Below are positions 30,172 through 43,700 of a stretch of DNA of 64,000 nucleotides, in pieces. This DNA comes from Elusimicrobiota bacterium. Lineage in GTDB: Bacteria; Elusimicrobiota; Elusimicrobia; UBA1565; UBA9628. Position 1 is the stretch's first letter. Every line of letters starts with the position of its first letter. The notes under the pieces are model-generated. The model was not told the origin of the DNA, ran no database searches, and saw only the letters and a list, made by a program, of their open reading frames with translations. The stretch spans positions 1 through 64,000 of the forward strand of contig DAHVNA010000004.1 of assembly GCA_027319565.1 (NCBI GenBank). Direction: 5' to 3'. Made by a program: the position numbers and the translations under genes.

Positions 30172-31704
30172 ATGAAAGAGAAACGGTTTAAGCGTGCATT
30201 GGCCTTGATTCTCGCTCTTTGTTTGGGGCTTTTGTGGCCAGGACAGGCCTATCAGGCTTTAGCCAAGGACGTCGAGGTTGACCCTTTAGTTCAGCCTGTG
30301 CCATCTCTTCCCGGGGGCTTAAACTCAGAGTCTGTCTTGCCCAATCCCTCGGAGAACGAATTTCAATCTTCCCTCTTGCCCCTAGCCTTGCCGGCCTTGG
30401 ACAAGGAAATTTCCCCGCTGCCCAATTCCGCCTTGGAAAAAGAGCCTTTGGGCAAGGTTCAAAAAGCGGCAGCCCCCCTATCCAACGCGGGAGAACTGAC
30501 CGGGAAATTCAATCAGCTTTCATCGGTTCAACAGCCAGAGAGTGCGGAACAAAGAGCTCAAAACTCAATTTTAGGGCGTTTAAACTCTCGTCTCTTTGGA
30601 AACAAGAAAGCCCCCATTTCCGGAACCGGAGCTTTTTCCAATAGTTTAAACGCAATCAATCAGCTTTACGACGGCGAAGGCGCGGCTTCTAAAAACCTGC
30701 CCCAGGAATCTGTGGCGAGCGCAAAGGCAGTGGGCGCTTGGCGTTCGGGGCTTAAGAAAGCCGCTCTCATCTCTGGAGCGGCGGGCGCGTCCGCGGCCTT
30801 GGCGGTTCCCGCATATGCGCAAGCCTTGCACCATGTTTCGGCGACTTCCGGCGCGTGGAATTTATTAGCGGCGGGCTGGCCTCTCTTCGCGCGCGGGGCA
30901 TATTGGGTCAGCATGGTTTTTGGTTTTATGATGGCGATTCCGGAACTTCATGAGCTGATCAAGAAAAGGAGCTACAACTGGAGAACCTATGGGGTCATTG
31001 CGGCCAATTTGATGGTGGGTCTCATCGTGGCCCCGGCCCAAACTTCGGCGGACAAATTTTTATGGGGTTCGGAGTGTTTGTCGGTTTCCGCGGTTTTGGC
31101 GGCGGGAATTATGCTGGCGAAATTTCTCCCGAAGGAAAAAACTCGGGAAAAGATTTCGCAGCAGGGCGGTTCTTGGCTCAGGAAATGGTTCGATTCTATT
31201 CGCACAGACCGCTCTCTCCAAATGACCTTGGCCTTGGCGCCCATTCTCATCGCCTCCGGATTTGGGATGTATTTTGGTCTTGCCGCCTTTATGCCTTCCT
31301 TGATTTTGGCGGTTTCACCCGTTCCATTGTCCTTAATTAGCGCCGGAATTCAGATATTGGTTCAAGGGTTTTACTTGTCTTTATTCGTTCCTGATTTAAT
31401 GGCGATAAAACGAGGAGAAAAGCCCTCCGGCTTTGCCCCGGGATTTGTGCTTCTTTTTTGCCTGATCGCCGCCTGCTTTGTTATCTGGGGAGGCACCCAG
31501 GCTTTTCAGAATCCGGCCAAACACATTGATTTGGTTTTAGTCGCGGCCTCAAACGTGCTCCAGTTCTTGTTTTCTTTCATCACCTACCGCGCGCTTAAAC
31601 GCCCGGATTCCGGCAAAAACACTAAGTCCCAAGATCCTAAGCTGACTGAAAATAATCGAGGAGTTTTTAACGGCGGCCTGATTTCGGTTTCCTGCTACGC
31701 ATGA
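30172..31704 (+). CDS. Exported multi-TM protein: signal peptide, Pro-rich linker, YDG motif, PQ-loop/SWEET-like membrane domain
   Basis: MKEKRFKRALALILALCL...AYQALA; two units resembling PQ-loop repeats (MMAIPELHELIKKRS; LFVPDLMAIKRGEKPSGFAPGFVLLF); stop overlaps the giant gene ATG. Confidence 0.7.
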   Translation: MKEKRFKRALALILALCLGLLWPGQAYQALAKDVEVDPLVQPVPSLPGGLNSESVLPNPSENEFQSSLLPLALPALDKEISPLPNSALEKEPLGKVQKAAAPLSNAGELTGKFNQLSSVQQPESAEQRAQNSILGRLNSRLFGNKKAPISGTGAFSNSLNAINQLYDGEGAASKNLPQESVASAKAVGAWRSGLKKAALISGAAGASAALAVPAYAQALHHVSATSGAWNLLAAGWPLFARGAYWVSMVFGFMMAIPELHELIKKRSYNWRTYGVIAANLMVGLIVAPAQTSADKFLWGSECLSVSAVLAAGIMLAKFLPKEKTREKISQQGGSWLRKWFDSIRTDRSLQMTLALAPILIASGFGMYFGLAAFMPSLILAVSPVPLSLISAGIQILVQGFYLSLFVPDLMAIKRGEKPSGFAPGFVLLFCLIAACFVIWGGTQAFQNPAKHIDLVLVAASNVLQFLFSFITYRALKRPDSGKNTKSQDPKLTENNRGVFNGGLISVSCYA

Positions 31705-34700
31705 TTCCAAAAAAGTTCAAGAAATTTCTCTGCGCGTTTTTAGCTTTGAGCTTAATCTTGTTGTCTCCGGGAACCCGTTTTTACACCCTTTTAGCCGCCG
31801 ATACTCCCAAGGAAGACTCTTCAGATCCCTTGGGAAATCCCCTGTCTCTTCCCAATCAATCCTTGGATCCGTCCGCAGCATTCGAGCTAGGTTCCGAACT
31901 TCCTTCGCCCGCGCCTTCCGCGGCCCCTGTCTTGCCTTTGGCCCCAGGACCCAATCTCCAAGAGACTCAAACAAATAATGAGATCCCGCAAACCAGGCCT
32001 CCAATTCCAGCTCAAGCCAGACTCGAGGCCTTGCCGCAGGCAAAGGACCAGCCGCCTAAGCAGGTCTCTCAGCCCATGGCCCATTTACAAGAGCAAAACA
32101 AACAAAATGAAAAGGCGGATAGAGAAAGTTTTTCTCCTGAATCCTCCGCTTTGGCCAGCGCGGCCCTTTTTGACGGCGCCGGCAGAATGGGGGGCAGCGG
32201 ACCGCCCATAGAGCCTCCCGCAGGTGGGTCTGAAGCGGCTTTGCCTCCGCAATCTCCTAGAGGCCCTCCGGGGGTATCCATTTTCTATGAAAATATCCTC
32301 GGCTACCGTAAAGTTGTCGGCCTCAAACACGATTCTAACCTTTCCCGCCTTCCTCTCAATGCAAAGACGCCCCAGATCATCGATCAAATCTCGCGTCAGT
32401 TCCATATATCGCGCGCGCGCGTTATTGAACTGGCCTCCCATGTCGGCCTTAAAGAAAATTCCCCCAATGCCGAGTGGGATGCCGTCTATTTGGGCCTTCA
32501 GAAACTCAATGCCCAGCGCTTTCAGCATTTTGACGCCCAGAAATATCATCTCGGGTTCCGCCAGATGGCGAATTTGAGCTATGAGACCGGATGGAAAGGG
32601 GGGCTTAAGCGATCTTTAGAAATTCAAAAACATCTTCTAGGTTTTTTTGCTCGCTTTCCCTACCACCTTTTTGACGTTTTTGTCCTGGGTTACTTCCGGC
32701 AAAACATCAGCTATACCTTCGCTCATTCGACTGAGGATTTCCTAAGTCTTGCCGATGCCGAGGGCGGCTTGGTGGTGGCGACCGAGAACGCGGAGAAGTT
32801 TTTCCGCCGGGTTCTGCGCGAGAGGGCGATATCGGGAAAAGGGGAGACCTTAAGCTCTCGTTTTCTCGCGACTCGTTTGGGGCGGGCGGTGAGAATGTTC
32901 GGCCATGTCGCGCCTCTGCCGCTTCTAGCCTTTTTGAGGCGGCGCTTAATCATGGCCGTCGCTTCGGCGGTCGCGATGGGAATTTTGGGCGCCTTGGCCC
33001 CGGGAGTCGCGATTCTGCACTTGAGTCTTTTATCAATTCCAGTGATGGGCCCGCTTTTGGTCGCGGGCGCCAATAGCTTGCCCGTTTTTATCGCCGGCAT
33101 TCCCGGTCTTGGGGGAATTTTCGCGCCGGTCGTGGCTGCTGCCACTGCGGCTTTGATGAAAGATTTGGTTCTCGGACCGCTTTTAAACACCTTCATTCTC
33201 TCGACGATTTTTACCTTGCCGCAATCACTGGATCAGCATCGCCGCCGGCTTGAGGCGGAACATCCCTTGGATTCCATCGGTTGGTCCCAGGCCTTGGCCT
33301 CGGCGGTTTTTGCCCGTGAATTCTGGAAATTCTTTATTTTGCAGGATCTCAAATTTTTCTTGGGGCTTCTGACGGTGGGGTCCGAGATTCAAGGCATACT
33401 TTCTTACGGAACCCAGATTGATGCCGGTTTGACTCCGGCTTGGCATGCGGCGACCGGGCATGATTTTCACGGCTTTCACGGGCTTTTTTCGGCTTTTGAA
33501 GCTCCGAAGGGTCAAAGCGTGATTCCTTTTGGCGGCGCGATCACCTGGGGAAATCTCCTTCTCTACAAGACGGAATCGGCGTTAGGATTTAATCTCTCCG
33601 ATGCGGTGATGCATGGCTTAAACTCTCACACCGCCGGGGCTTCGGCTATAGCGGTGACCAGGGCCGCGTCGGCTCCCGGCAAACCCTTGCCGTTTGATCC
33701 CACCCTTTACAAAAAATCTCCCAAGGAAGTGGAAAAGCGCATTGCTGAGCTCGAAAAATCGGCCGGGAATTTTAAAGATGAGATGGCCTCGGCGCGGGCG
33801 CAAGAGTTAAAGCTCAGGAAAGACTTGGCCTTAGTGCAAAAAGACGAGGCGGGTCTTAAGGCCCAAAATAAGCCTTTGACCGCGACGGAACTTAAAGCCT
33901 ATCAGGCGCAGTTGGAAAAATTAAAACAGGCTCAAAACCAGCGCTATATCCGCTCAAAACTATCGGAAAACCGTGATCTGAACCATCCCCAAAGCGAGGA
34001 TGAAAGGCTTCATCGCTTGGAAGAGAAGCTCAACGCCTTGGCTTCACAAACACGGGAAGACCGCATCGGCTATGCCGAGGACAAGGAAATCCATCCGGGA
34101 ATTTTGAAATCAGTGTTAAGCAACCTGGATCAAAAAATTGGAATTGACACGGGTAAATCTAAAGACTCTATCTCTCAGGTCAACCCGAAGACTCAGAAAA
34201 AAATTGAAGACTTGGTTAAGGAAATCAAAACCTTACGGACTAATGCCGCGGCGCAGATGAAGATGAGAGACGCGACGACAAAAGTGCTTGAGGTGGTCTC
34301 CAAGGCGCGGGATCAGGCCCTCAAAAATCGCCGGAACGGGCAGGACATGATGAATTTCATTCAAAGCCTTTCCCAGGTTTCGGCGGTGATGGATTTCGCC
34401 CTGGGGCTTAGAGAAATTAACGCCGCTCAAAATGCCATTGGCGGCATGGAAAACCTGTTAAATACTAATATTCAAAACATCAATCAGTCTCAGGCCTTGT
34501 CCCAGCAAAACCAGGCGGCGGCTCAACAGGCGGAGTCTAATTTACCGGCTTGGCAGCAGGAAGTGACGCAGCAGACCCAGGCCGATCAGGCCCAACAAAA
34601 TCAACTTTCTTCCGATTTTACCGAAGCCTCTTCCGCCGTTCAAGTCTTTACCTCGATTCAAAGCGTTTTGCCGTCTTTGATGGGGACCATCGCCTCTCAT

Positions 34701-37700
34701 GAGGGAGTGGCGAGCGGAAGTTTTGACGCGGAGGCGCAGGCTTTGGCGTCCAAATTCCAACTTCGTTTATCCGAATTAGGCCAAGTCTCTTATTGGCGTA
34801 CTAATGGAAATCCCAATGATCCGTCGGCTTTTTCGCTGAAAGGATTTAAAAATATCCTTTCAGAGGTTCAAAGCAATCTTCAATTGGCGCAAAATGGTCT
34901 TAGTGAGATTCAAACCGCTCCGGTCAATGCCTGGGCCCTGATCATTAAAGATGTTCCGGGGGGACCGGGAATTTCCAATTCGATGAGTTTGTCCGAGGTT
35001 TTAAGCGCGAGAAAATCTTATTGGGAAGGGCAGATGCAGACCTTCCAGCAAGATCTTAACTCGGTTCAAGCCATGCTGGACCCGAACAATCAGACGATGC
35101 TGACAGATGAGTTTGGGAGATCTTATCCGCAGTCTCTTCCAGTTTGGGAATCCCAAGCCAGTCAGACCTTAAACCAAGCGCAATCTTCCATTAATTCCAT
35201 CACCTCTCAGATGGATCAATTGTCTTCCCAGATCACCCAAGCCGGAGGCACGGCCCTGCCCCAGCTGTCGGGGCTTTCCCTTGCCCAGCTTCAGACTGCG
35301 GTTCAAAGCTATGGGACGGCCCTTGAAAACATCCAGATTCCCAACAATGGAACCCCGCAGGCCTTTCAGGCTTCTCTGGACTTAGTCAAGCTTGCTTCTC
35401 TTTTGCCGCAAGCGGCATGGCTGGTCATCCAGGGAAGCGAGGCGCAGACGACCGTGACCACCATTCAAAACGCGCTCCAAAATACCGTTCCCCAGGCCCA
35501 AAGCGCGATGAAACAAGCGGTCAACATGGTGCAAAATATCATTAACGACGTGGATGCAGATCAGGCCTTCGTGGCGCAATTTCCCAGCGCGAACGCCAAT
35601 CCCCAACCCTCTCAAGCCCAAGAACAGGCCCTGATTAGCCGCAAGGAAAATCTGCTCCAAAACGACATTATCACTCCTTTGACCGCCATTCAAGGCGCGG
35701 TGGAAAATACCCTGATTCCCTATCAAGAGTCTTCCATTCAACAGGTGTCCCAGAACGGGGATTATCAAGAGCTTTTTAGCGCCGAAAATTCGCTGATTAC
35801 CCAAACCATGCAGTTAAACGATAAGACAATTCCCTGGGGACTCATCTCTTTTGGCGGCAGTCCCGGAAATACGAGCGGGAGTTTGGCGAGCCTGCAAAGC
35901 TGGCAGACGAATTTTTCAAATCTTCTTCAAACGGTGACAACCGATAAGACCCAGGTCGATCAAAGACAAGATCCGAATTTCAACGGAAATGAGACGGTCG
36001 ATTATTTGAAAGACAGTAATTATCCCGGCGGCGGGCCTTATAGCTTGCCCAAAAAAATTACGCTCTACACCGCCGAGATGAATCAGCGCGCCCAACAAAT
36101 TAACACTCAAGACGCGCAAGTCAATCAAATCCTGACAAAAATCCAGGCCCTGTCGGGTGGAAAGTATAATCTCTCGGCCTATCAATTGCCCACGAATGTT
36201 CCCGCCAATCAAGCGGGATACAATCAAATTAACGGCTTGGTCAATAATGGAAATTTGACGAATTTGGCCACCCAGCTTCAAAATATCGCCAAGCAAGCCG
36301 GTTCGGCGTCTTCAATTAATGTCGGTGGGGGGGGCTTGGCAGTTAAGACCGGAAATCAGCCGTCGCCGACTGTTTCAAACGCGCAAGAGCTCGCTCTCTT
36401 GGCTTTGGATGCGGCTAAAATTTTAGCGCCTTCTCCCGGAAGCAGCCCTAATTCTCCGTCGATTTCTTTCTCAATTGCTCGCTTTCTTTACTCCTATTCG
36501 ACTGTTCAAAGTTCGCAACAGGAACTCGCGACCGAAATTCCGCAGGCGGAAAAATTCCTGACCGACGCGATTAACGCCTTAAATAACGCCCAAGCGCAAT
36601 TAAAACAAGACCAGGCCTATATCAACTCCGGGGGAAATAGCCCGCCGACCAACACGGTCTATCAAAATCAAATCGCGATGCTGAACTCTCTTCAGTCGGT
36701 TCTTCAAGAGGGAATGGCTTTTTTTAATCTCAAGATCAATACCTATGACCCCGAATCCTTGGGCACGGTCAACGAAGTCGCGACCTATTACAACGCTTTG
36801 GCTAATCAAGTTTACGGTTCAGGGAGTACCGTCGATCAAGGGGATCTCACGGCAATGAATTCGATGATGAGCGCCCTTCAAAATACGATGAACGGGCTTA
36901 ATCAGACCAAATCAGAGCTTTTGTCTTGGATGGGACAGCTAAACAGCCCTTATGACAGCGCGCTGCGGAGAACCTCGGACGCGATTTCCCAGATTCAAGA
37001 CGATACGCGCAAGGTGCTTGAATCCAATCACAAATGGACCAAATTAAAAAAACAACTCTCGCGCGCGGACCAAATCCTTAAGGCGGATATGGATTTAATT
37101 CAGGATAAGCAGGGAGAGTTGACCCATTTGATTGGCAATTTGCATGACGATGGATGGGACCGCTTGCCCAATCATATCAAGAAAGAAGTCGCTTCCCTTC
37201 ACTTAAGCGATTCCGGGTGGGGGATGGGGCTTAACTCTTCTTCCGGAGCTTCGGCTCTGGTCATCAAAAAATCGAGTTTCCCGGATTTCGTCCACAATAT
37301 TCTCTCAAGCTTGTCAGGAGGCCAAAATGCCTCGTCGGCCGATATTGGATCTTTGGGGCAAAGCATTTTGTCTAATCCTCAAAATATTTCCCAGTTGATT
37401 CCTGGGGCGCAGATCATGAACCTGGGAGATTCAGCGGATGGGTTTTATCTCGTCTATCAGACCGGGTTTGGCGTTCCTTATGGTCTCAGTTCGACGGAAC
37501 AAGTGACCTTGGGAAATGTCGCCCATGTGATGGGAAGTAATTTAAGCGTGATGGCATATGATACCTATGCTCCGCCCGAAACCGGCGGGGCTTCAAACGC
37601 TCCGTGGGGAGATAAGGGTATCGGCGTTCAGGTCGAGACCTTGCGCGAAAACGACGTCAATTATTTTGAGGCCATCATTCACCACGATATTCTGGACGTT

Positions 37701-40700
37701 CCGCCCAACATGTCGTTTGCCTCTCAGGCAAACGAGTCGCGGCTTCTTCTCTTCGATGATTATGCCCTTCTTTTGATGAATGGAAAGCTTTATGTCGGCT
37801 TGTCCGGTTTTGGAGACGCGGCGGCTCAAAATTCCGCCAATCAACCTTATTATTACGGCGCGAACGCTAAGACCTCGATTCAGCTGACTCCGGTGATGAG
37901 CTTAAACGCCGATCAGCAGGCCTTGTTCGCCAAAGACCCGCGGCAATTTTTCGAGACCGCCAATCTCGATTTTACCGGTCTTGATCCGAGTCTGAACCAA
38001 ACCTTCGACATCGCCGCGCATGGAGCGAGCGCGAACTTCTATGAAACCAAGGTCGGACCTAAGTTTGACGTGGCTTCTCTTCTTAAACAGGCGGGGGTGG
38101 TTTCAAAAAGCGACAATAATCCGTTCACGGTTGATCTTTACTATGCCAATTACGCCGGGACTTACGACATTACGCAGCAAACCTTGGGCACGACCATTTT
38201 AAAGGGATTCGCTATTTATGGCCAGGATGATTCAGGTAAGCGCGTTCCCATTGTTAATATCACCAATACCGCGACCGGAGAACTGGGACAACAATATAAT
38301 ATCGCCATCGATCAGCTTTCGGTCGAGCTTCCCCAAAATGGAATTGTGTTTAGCGCCGAGGGCCAAATGCTGGGGCCGGCCGACGCCTATTATGCGCAGA
38401 TCGGTAAGAAACTCAATGGACATTCCGATGTGTCTATCGGCTACGGTTCCCCGTTTGTGGGATACAACAATCGCTTATCCTTGATGTTTAACACTTCGGC
38501 GAGCCTCTCTCAGCTTTGGAATGACGTGACCCGCAGCGCTTCCGAGGATTTAAACGGCGGCAAAGCCCTCAAAAACTATCAAAAGCGGATGACTGATTTC
38601 CTTAAGCCTCAAAAAGGCCAGAAAGAGCTCAATGAACTTAAATCGGTTTTCGCAAAAGATGTCGGCAGAAGACTGATCGAACAAAAAATCGGGACCTTGG
38701 ATCACGATATTAAGGATTTACGCTCGGCCGGCGCCATTTTAGACAATGTCAAGGTCATCGGAGACGCCGGCTTTGTCTCGGGTCCGGTTTCAAACGATCC
38801 CGCGGAACTTGCCGCGACCGGCGGATTTATGACCGGGACGGAAACGATGATGACCTTGAGCAAGACCCAAAAAGAGCTCTTAGACAGCAAGGTCGTTTCG
38901 CTTTATAAGAACGGGTTATTGCTCCAATCTCGTTTGGTTCAATTGACTAAGGATTGGGAGGAAAATGCCCTTCAGATCGTCAAGGCGAGGCTGGCAGTTG
39001 AGAGAGCGACGTTTCTTTTGGAAAATTCCTCCTCCGTTATTGAAAGAGAAAAGGCCAATACGCGCCTAGCGGCGGCTCTTGAAAAGTTAGGCGAGGCGCG
39101 CGTTCGCTATAACATCATGGCCGGCAAAAATCCGGATTCCGCCACTCCGTTTGACGATTTAAATCTCGCGGATGTCCAAAATTTAGTCAAGGAAATTCAC
39201 TCGCTTGTAGCCGCTCCCGATCGCTTAAAGAAGATTCTTTCGTCTTTGGATAAAACTTCTCTTAAAGACCGCATCGGACAAGACCGTTTTAACATCATGG
39301 ACTGGATTCCGTTTGTGGATCAATTCACCTTTGGAATTGGAACTCAAATCCAGGATTTAATGGCGGGGCAGATTTTTGGCGTAGGTGGAACCCTGAGGCT
39401 TCCTTTCTACGATCCATCGTCTAAAGACAAGAATAAAAGCTATGTCTTGAAAAGCGCGGCCGATATCAAAGAGATGGAAGATATCCATTCTCAATACCGC
39501 TTGTTGGCTAATAACGAGAGAGAAGAAGCCGCGATTTGGGGACAGACGGCGCAGCAGATGACGAGCGCTTTGCCCCAAACCGGAAGCGATTTAGAATTCG
39601 CGCTTAAGGCTTATCGCAACGGCTTGATTTCAAGAGATGAGTTGCGCCAAGCGATTAATTTGTGGAGTCTCAATGCGCGGGCGACAGTCAATTCTCAATC
39701 CCGTGCCGCCGCCGCCGGCGCCTGGGCCGAGATGGATAGCGCGGTGGGCGAAAAACCTCCCGCGCAGGCGCCGCCGATCAGCGTCTCCAATTTGGGAGAC
39801 GCCATTCAAACCGCTTTTAAGAATTCATCCCTGGAGTCTTTGGCTCTTCATCAGGAAGAGTTTCAGGCTTTGGCCAAAGCCGATAATCATGTGACCCAAA
39901 AATTCTGGATCAATTTGATGATAGGGGCGGATCTGACCGCAACCGGAACCGGGTTTTTACCTTCTTTCGGCTTTACCGGATTTCCGATTTTGCCGATACC
40001 GGGTGCGCGTTTTCAGCCGGAAGAACTTCGCGAACTCCAAGTTTCATCGGATAAAGGCAAATCCGCCTATTACGGCGCCCTGGAATCGAAGCTGAAAATC
40101 GAGACCGCTCTTCAGATGTATCAGGATGTGGTTCAAGCCAAAACCGCGCAATCGGTCATCGCCCAAGTGGATCAGAAGGTGATTCCGGATCTGAATGAGA
40201 AGCTTTCCCAGGCCGCAACTTCGGGCGATCGGGCGCGGATGAGCCAAATCAAAAAGGAAATTTTTAACGCCAAGTTGTGGCGCGCCCAGATGGTTTTAAT
40301 TAATGACGAGGCCCATTCGGCGCTCAATGTTTTGATGGGGCGTCCGGCGGATTCCGGGCTGTCTATTGATCTGTCTCCCGAAGAAGCTTACCAACAACTT
40401 GAAGAAACGCTTAAAAATCAAAATTTGCCCGACATTCAAAAGACCATTTTTGACGCGCGCGTTCAAGTGGCCGAGGCTTACCAGAAGATGGTCGACAAAA
40501 ATTTGAAGGTCCAGGAAGTTTCCGCCGATCCGATTTCTCTGACGGCTCGAACCATTGGGCGCTTAATCAACGCTTTATCAGAAGAAGATTCGGGTCGCGC
40601 CGATAAAGTGATGGCGGCGCGCTTGAGGCTTTTGATGGAGGAAAGGCAAAAAAATTCTTTTGATTCCAGTTTGGCCAGCCTTCGCGCGCGCAGCCAGGCG

Positions 40701-43700
40701 CGACTTGAGATGATTGATTCCAATATTGAGCGATTATCCGAAAAGGGAGATCCTTTGAGCTTGGCTCAGGCGCAAGAACTAAAAGGAGAAAAAGCGGTCA
40801 TTAAGGCTTCTCTTCTCAGTCTCGCGGCCAAGCCTTCGGAAAAGGCTAATTCCGCTATTCTTCCAACGAGTTTCGCGGAACTTAGGCGCCGCCTGATTGA
40901 CAAAGAAGAGGCCATGGTTCGCCCTCCCCGCCTAGATTCTTTGCCTTCGGCTCCCGCGCCCGGTTTGGAAAAGGCTCCGGCGGAAATGTTCATGCGCTAC
41001 TTTTACGCCCAGCAAACCCTGGATGAAACTCCGATTAATCGCGGATTTTTGGAACCGTGGATTGAATTGCGGCTTAAAAATCACGATACGCCGCAAGCGG
41101 ATTTAATCGCGCTGGCCAAATTATCCCAAGACCGGGCTAATCGTTTGGATAAAATCGCACGGGAGCGCGCAGCGGCTTTAGCGGACGCGGAATTGGCGGA
41201 TTTTACGGAAAATGTCCGGTTCTTGAACTGGGCAGAATCTCATCACAATGGAAAAGACAAGGCTGATTGGGACGACATGATTCATTCTATTCGACAAAAG
41301 GTCTTGTCTCAATCGGAAGAAATCTGGGCGCTTCTCAATCTTCCAAGAGCGCAGGGACAAAGCATGGAAGAGCGCTTGCGCCTTCTGTCAAATTTAGTTC
41401 CGGAGTTTTCTGGAACGAAATCCTCCGGTGAGTTATCCCGCTTGCTTAAGGAGATTGATTCTTCCGAGGGGAAAGCGCGCATAGCCCGCCTGTTGGGCCT
41501 TGACGCTTTTGGAGCTGGCAATTCAAAAGACCTCTTCATGAACCAAATCCGCGCCGATGTCTTGTCGGAACATATGAGTTATCAGGGAATTACTCCGATA
41601 GCCGCCTTTGGAATTTTCCGCGGCACCCCCGTCTTTGGCGGATTTTTAGAAGCCCCCGATCCGCAGGAAATCGAGCGCGGGTTGACGAATATTTTGTCGG
41701 ATTCCATCCGGGAAGAGTTAAAGGCGCAGGGGCAGTTTAAAAAGCTTGAGATGGTTCTCTATACTCAAATGGCGCGCGTTTCCGGCGGGATGAAAGAAGT
41801 TCAGGCCGATAGCCGACTATTGGCGGCGGCGACTGCGGACTTAAAACAAAAGGAGTGGACCTCCGATCATAATCCCGATTCGCTCAAGGACAAGAAAGAT
41901 TTCTTGGAGGCAAAGAAAAATTTGGTCGCGGCTTGGGGAAACCTCGTCAAAGACTCGGCGGATTTGAAATCTAATTTCGTTTCCCTGGTGGCGGAACTCA
42001 AGGCTTTGGGGCAGAAAGGAAACTCTAAGTCTCCCGCGGCCTCTCTTAAGAATCTCAGTTTGGGGGATGAGCGCGTGCTGGAGGATCATGGACTACCGTC
42101 CACTCCTTCGGAACGCGGGCTCTTGGGCTATTGGACCGACCGCATGGAAGATCCTGATTTCATTGCCCAGCAAGACCGCTATCTTGAAGGCTTGGGAATT
42201 TCCCGGCAGATGATTGATTCTGTCGATTCCGTCGCTCGGCTTTACCGCACCGCTATTCGAGATTCCAAGGACGTAACGGCGGAAGACTTTTCCTCTCAAG
42301 AAAGGCTGCGCCTCTTAGCGCAAAACGACGCGCGCGGAAAGAGAAATCTTTTGATATTCGGGCTTTCCGCCTTAAAGACTGAAATTGAAAAAAAGGATCC
42401 GCAGTTAGGGTTTTTGCGGGGCGATTTGGAACGGCAATTGAGCCTGAGCGATCAAAAGCGGACGGAATACGCCCAGGCGGCCTTGCAGCTTCGCGATGCG
42501 TATTGGCACGCGGTTTCTGTTTCTCCGCGGGCCGAGGCCGCTTTCAAGGCTCTTGAAGCGGATCATCAAAAGTTGGTTCTGGCTAAGGATGCGTTGATTG
42601 ATTCCTATTTCGCTTCGCCATTGAAAAATGACGAGTTTATCTTGAGAGATGGGCTTTTGGATGATTATCTCAAAGCCCAGCAGGTTTTTGACGAGGACAT
42701 AATCCGAACCTTGGATTTAAAGGAAGTTCAAGGCAACGCCGAGCTGATGCGCACTCTCGATGCCCTTTATGACGCTCGAAAGAGCCTCAATCGCCAGATC
42801 GACTTTAAAGAGGCGGGGCGTGGAATTCTCGCTTTAGACGCCTTGGTCATGCTTGAGAAATCTCGCCTTTTTGACGAGAGATGGGAAGGCCGTTCGGAGC
42901 GCTCCATTGACGCCGTCTCTCTTAAGATTGCGGATTTGGAAAGCAAAAAAGCCGATTGGCTCAAGCACGGTTCAAAACTTTATCCGCTCTACGCTCAAAC
43001 CCGTATAGATAAGAACGGCCATCGTCTATGGACAACGGAGAGTTGGCTTGGCCAAGATGAGTTAAAAGAGCGGATGAATCTTAAGGACACGGACAAGGAT
43101 AAAATCATTGAAATTAAAGGGCGCTATTTCCTTAAGTCGGATTCCAGCGTTGAATTTCTCGGCGGGACGGACGCTTTGGAAAGGCGGAAATTGGAGGCTC
43201 AAAACGGAATGAAGAGCGATGAGAGCGCCATCGCTTTGGCGGAACGGCTGGGGAAATATGATTTTGCCCTCGAAAACGGGGAAAATGGCTATTCTGTTAA
43301 AGATCTCTTCGGCCCGACGGGGCTTTTGAGCCAAGGCAAGGTGCTTTTCTTTGAGGCTCCTGATCCAAAAGACCCGGGCCGCTTGCATTACCGGCTCCCG
43401 GCTTTGGCGGCCTGGGCGCGTTCTCCGGAGCGATATGAAATTTATGTTTATACGGGTAAAGGGGATTTGTCAACGGATAAATTTCAGACCCTTGAATCCT
43501 TGAAGTCTTCTCCGCTTAAAGGCGATTTTAATCGAGTTTACCTTTCCAAAAAAGGAGCCGTGGATTTGGCCGATTTCTTTGCCCAGCGCCGCCGCGCGGA
43601 GTTAAGAGCGGGATATGCGGAATTAAAACTTGCCGGATATGGTTTCGCGCGCAATGACAAGGGAGAGATTGCGGAGGTTTATTTAAGCCGCGATGATTTT

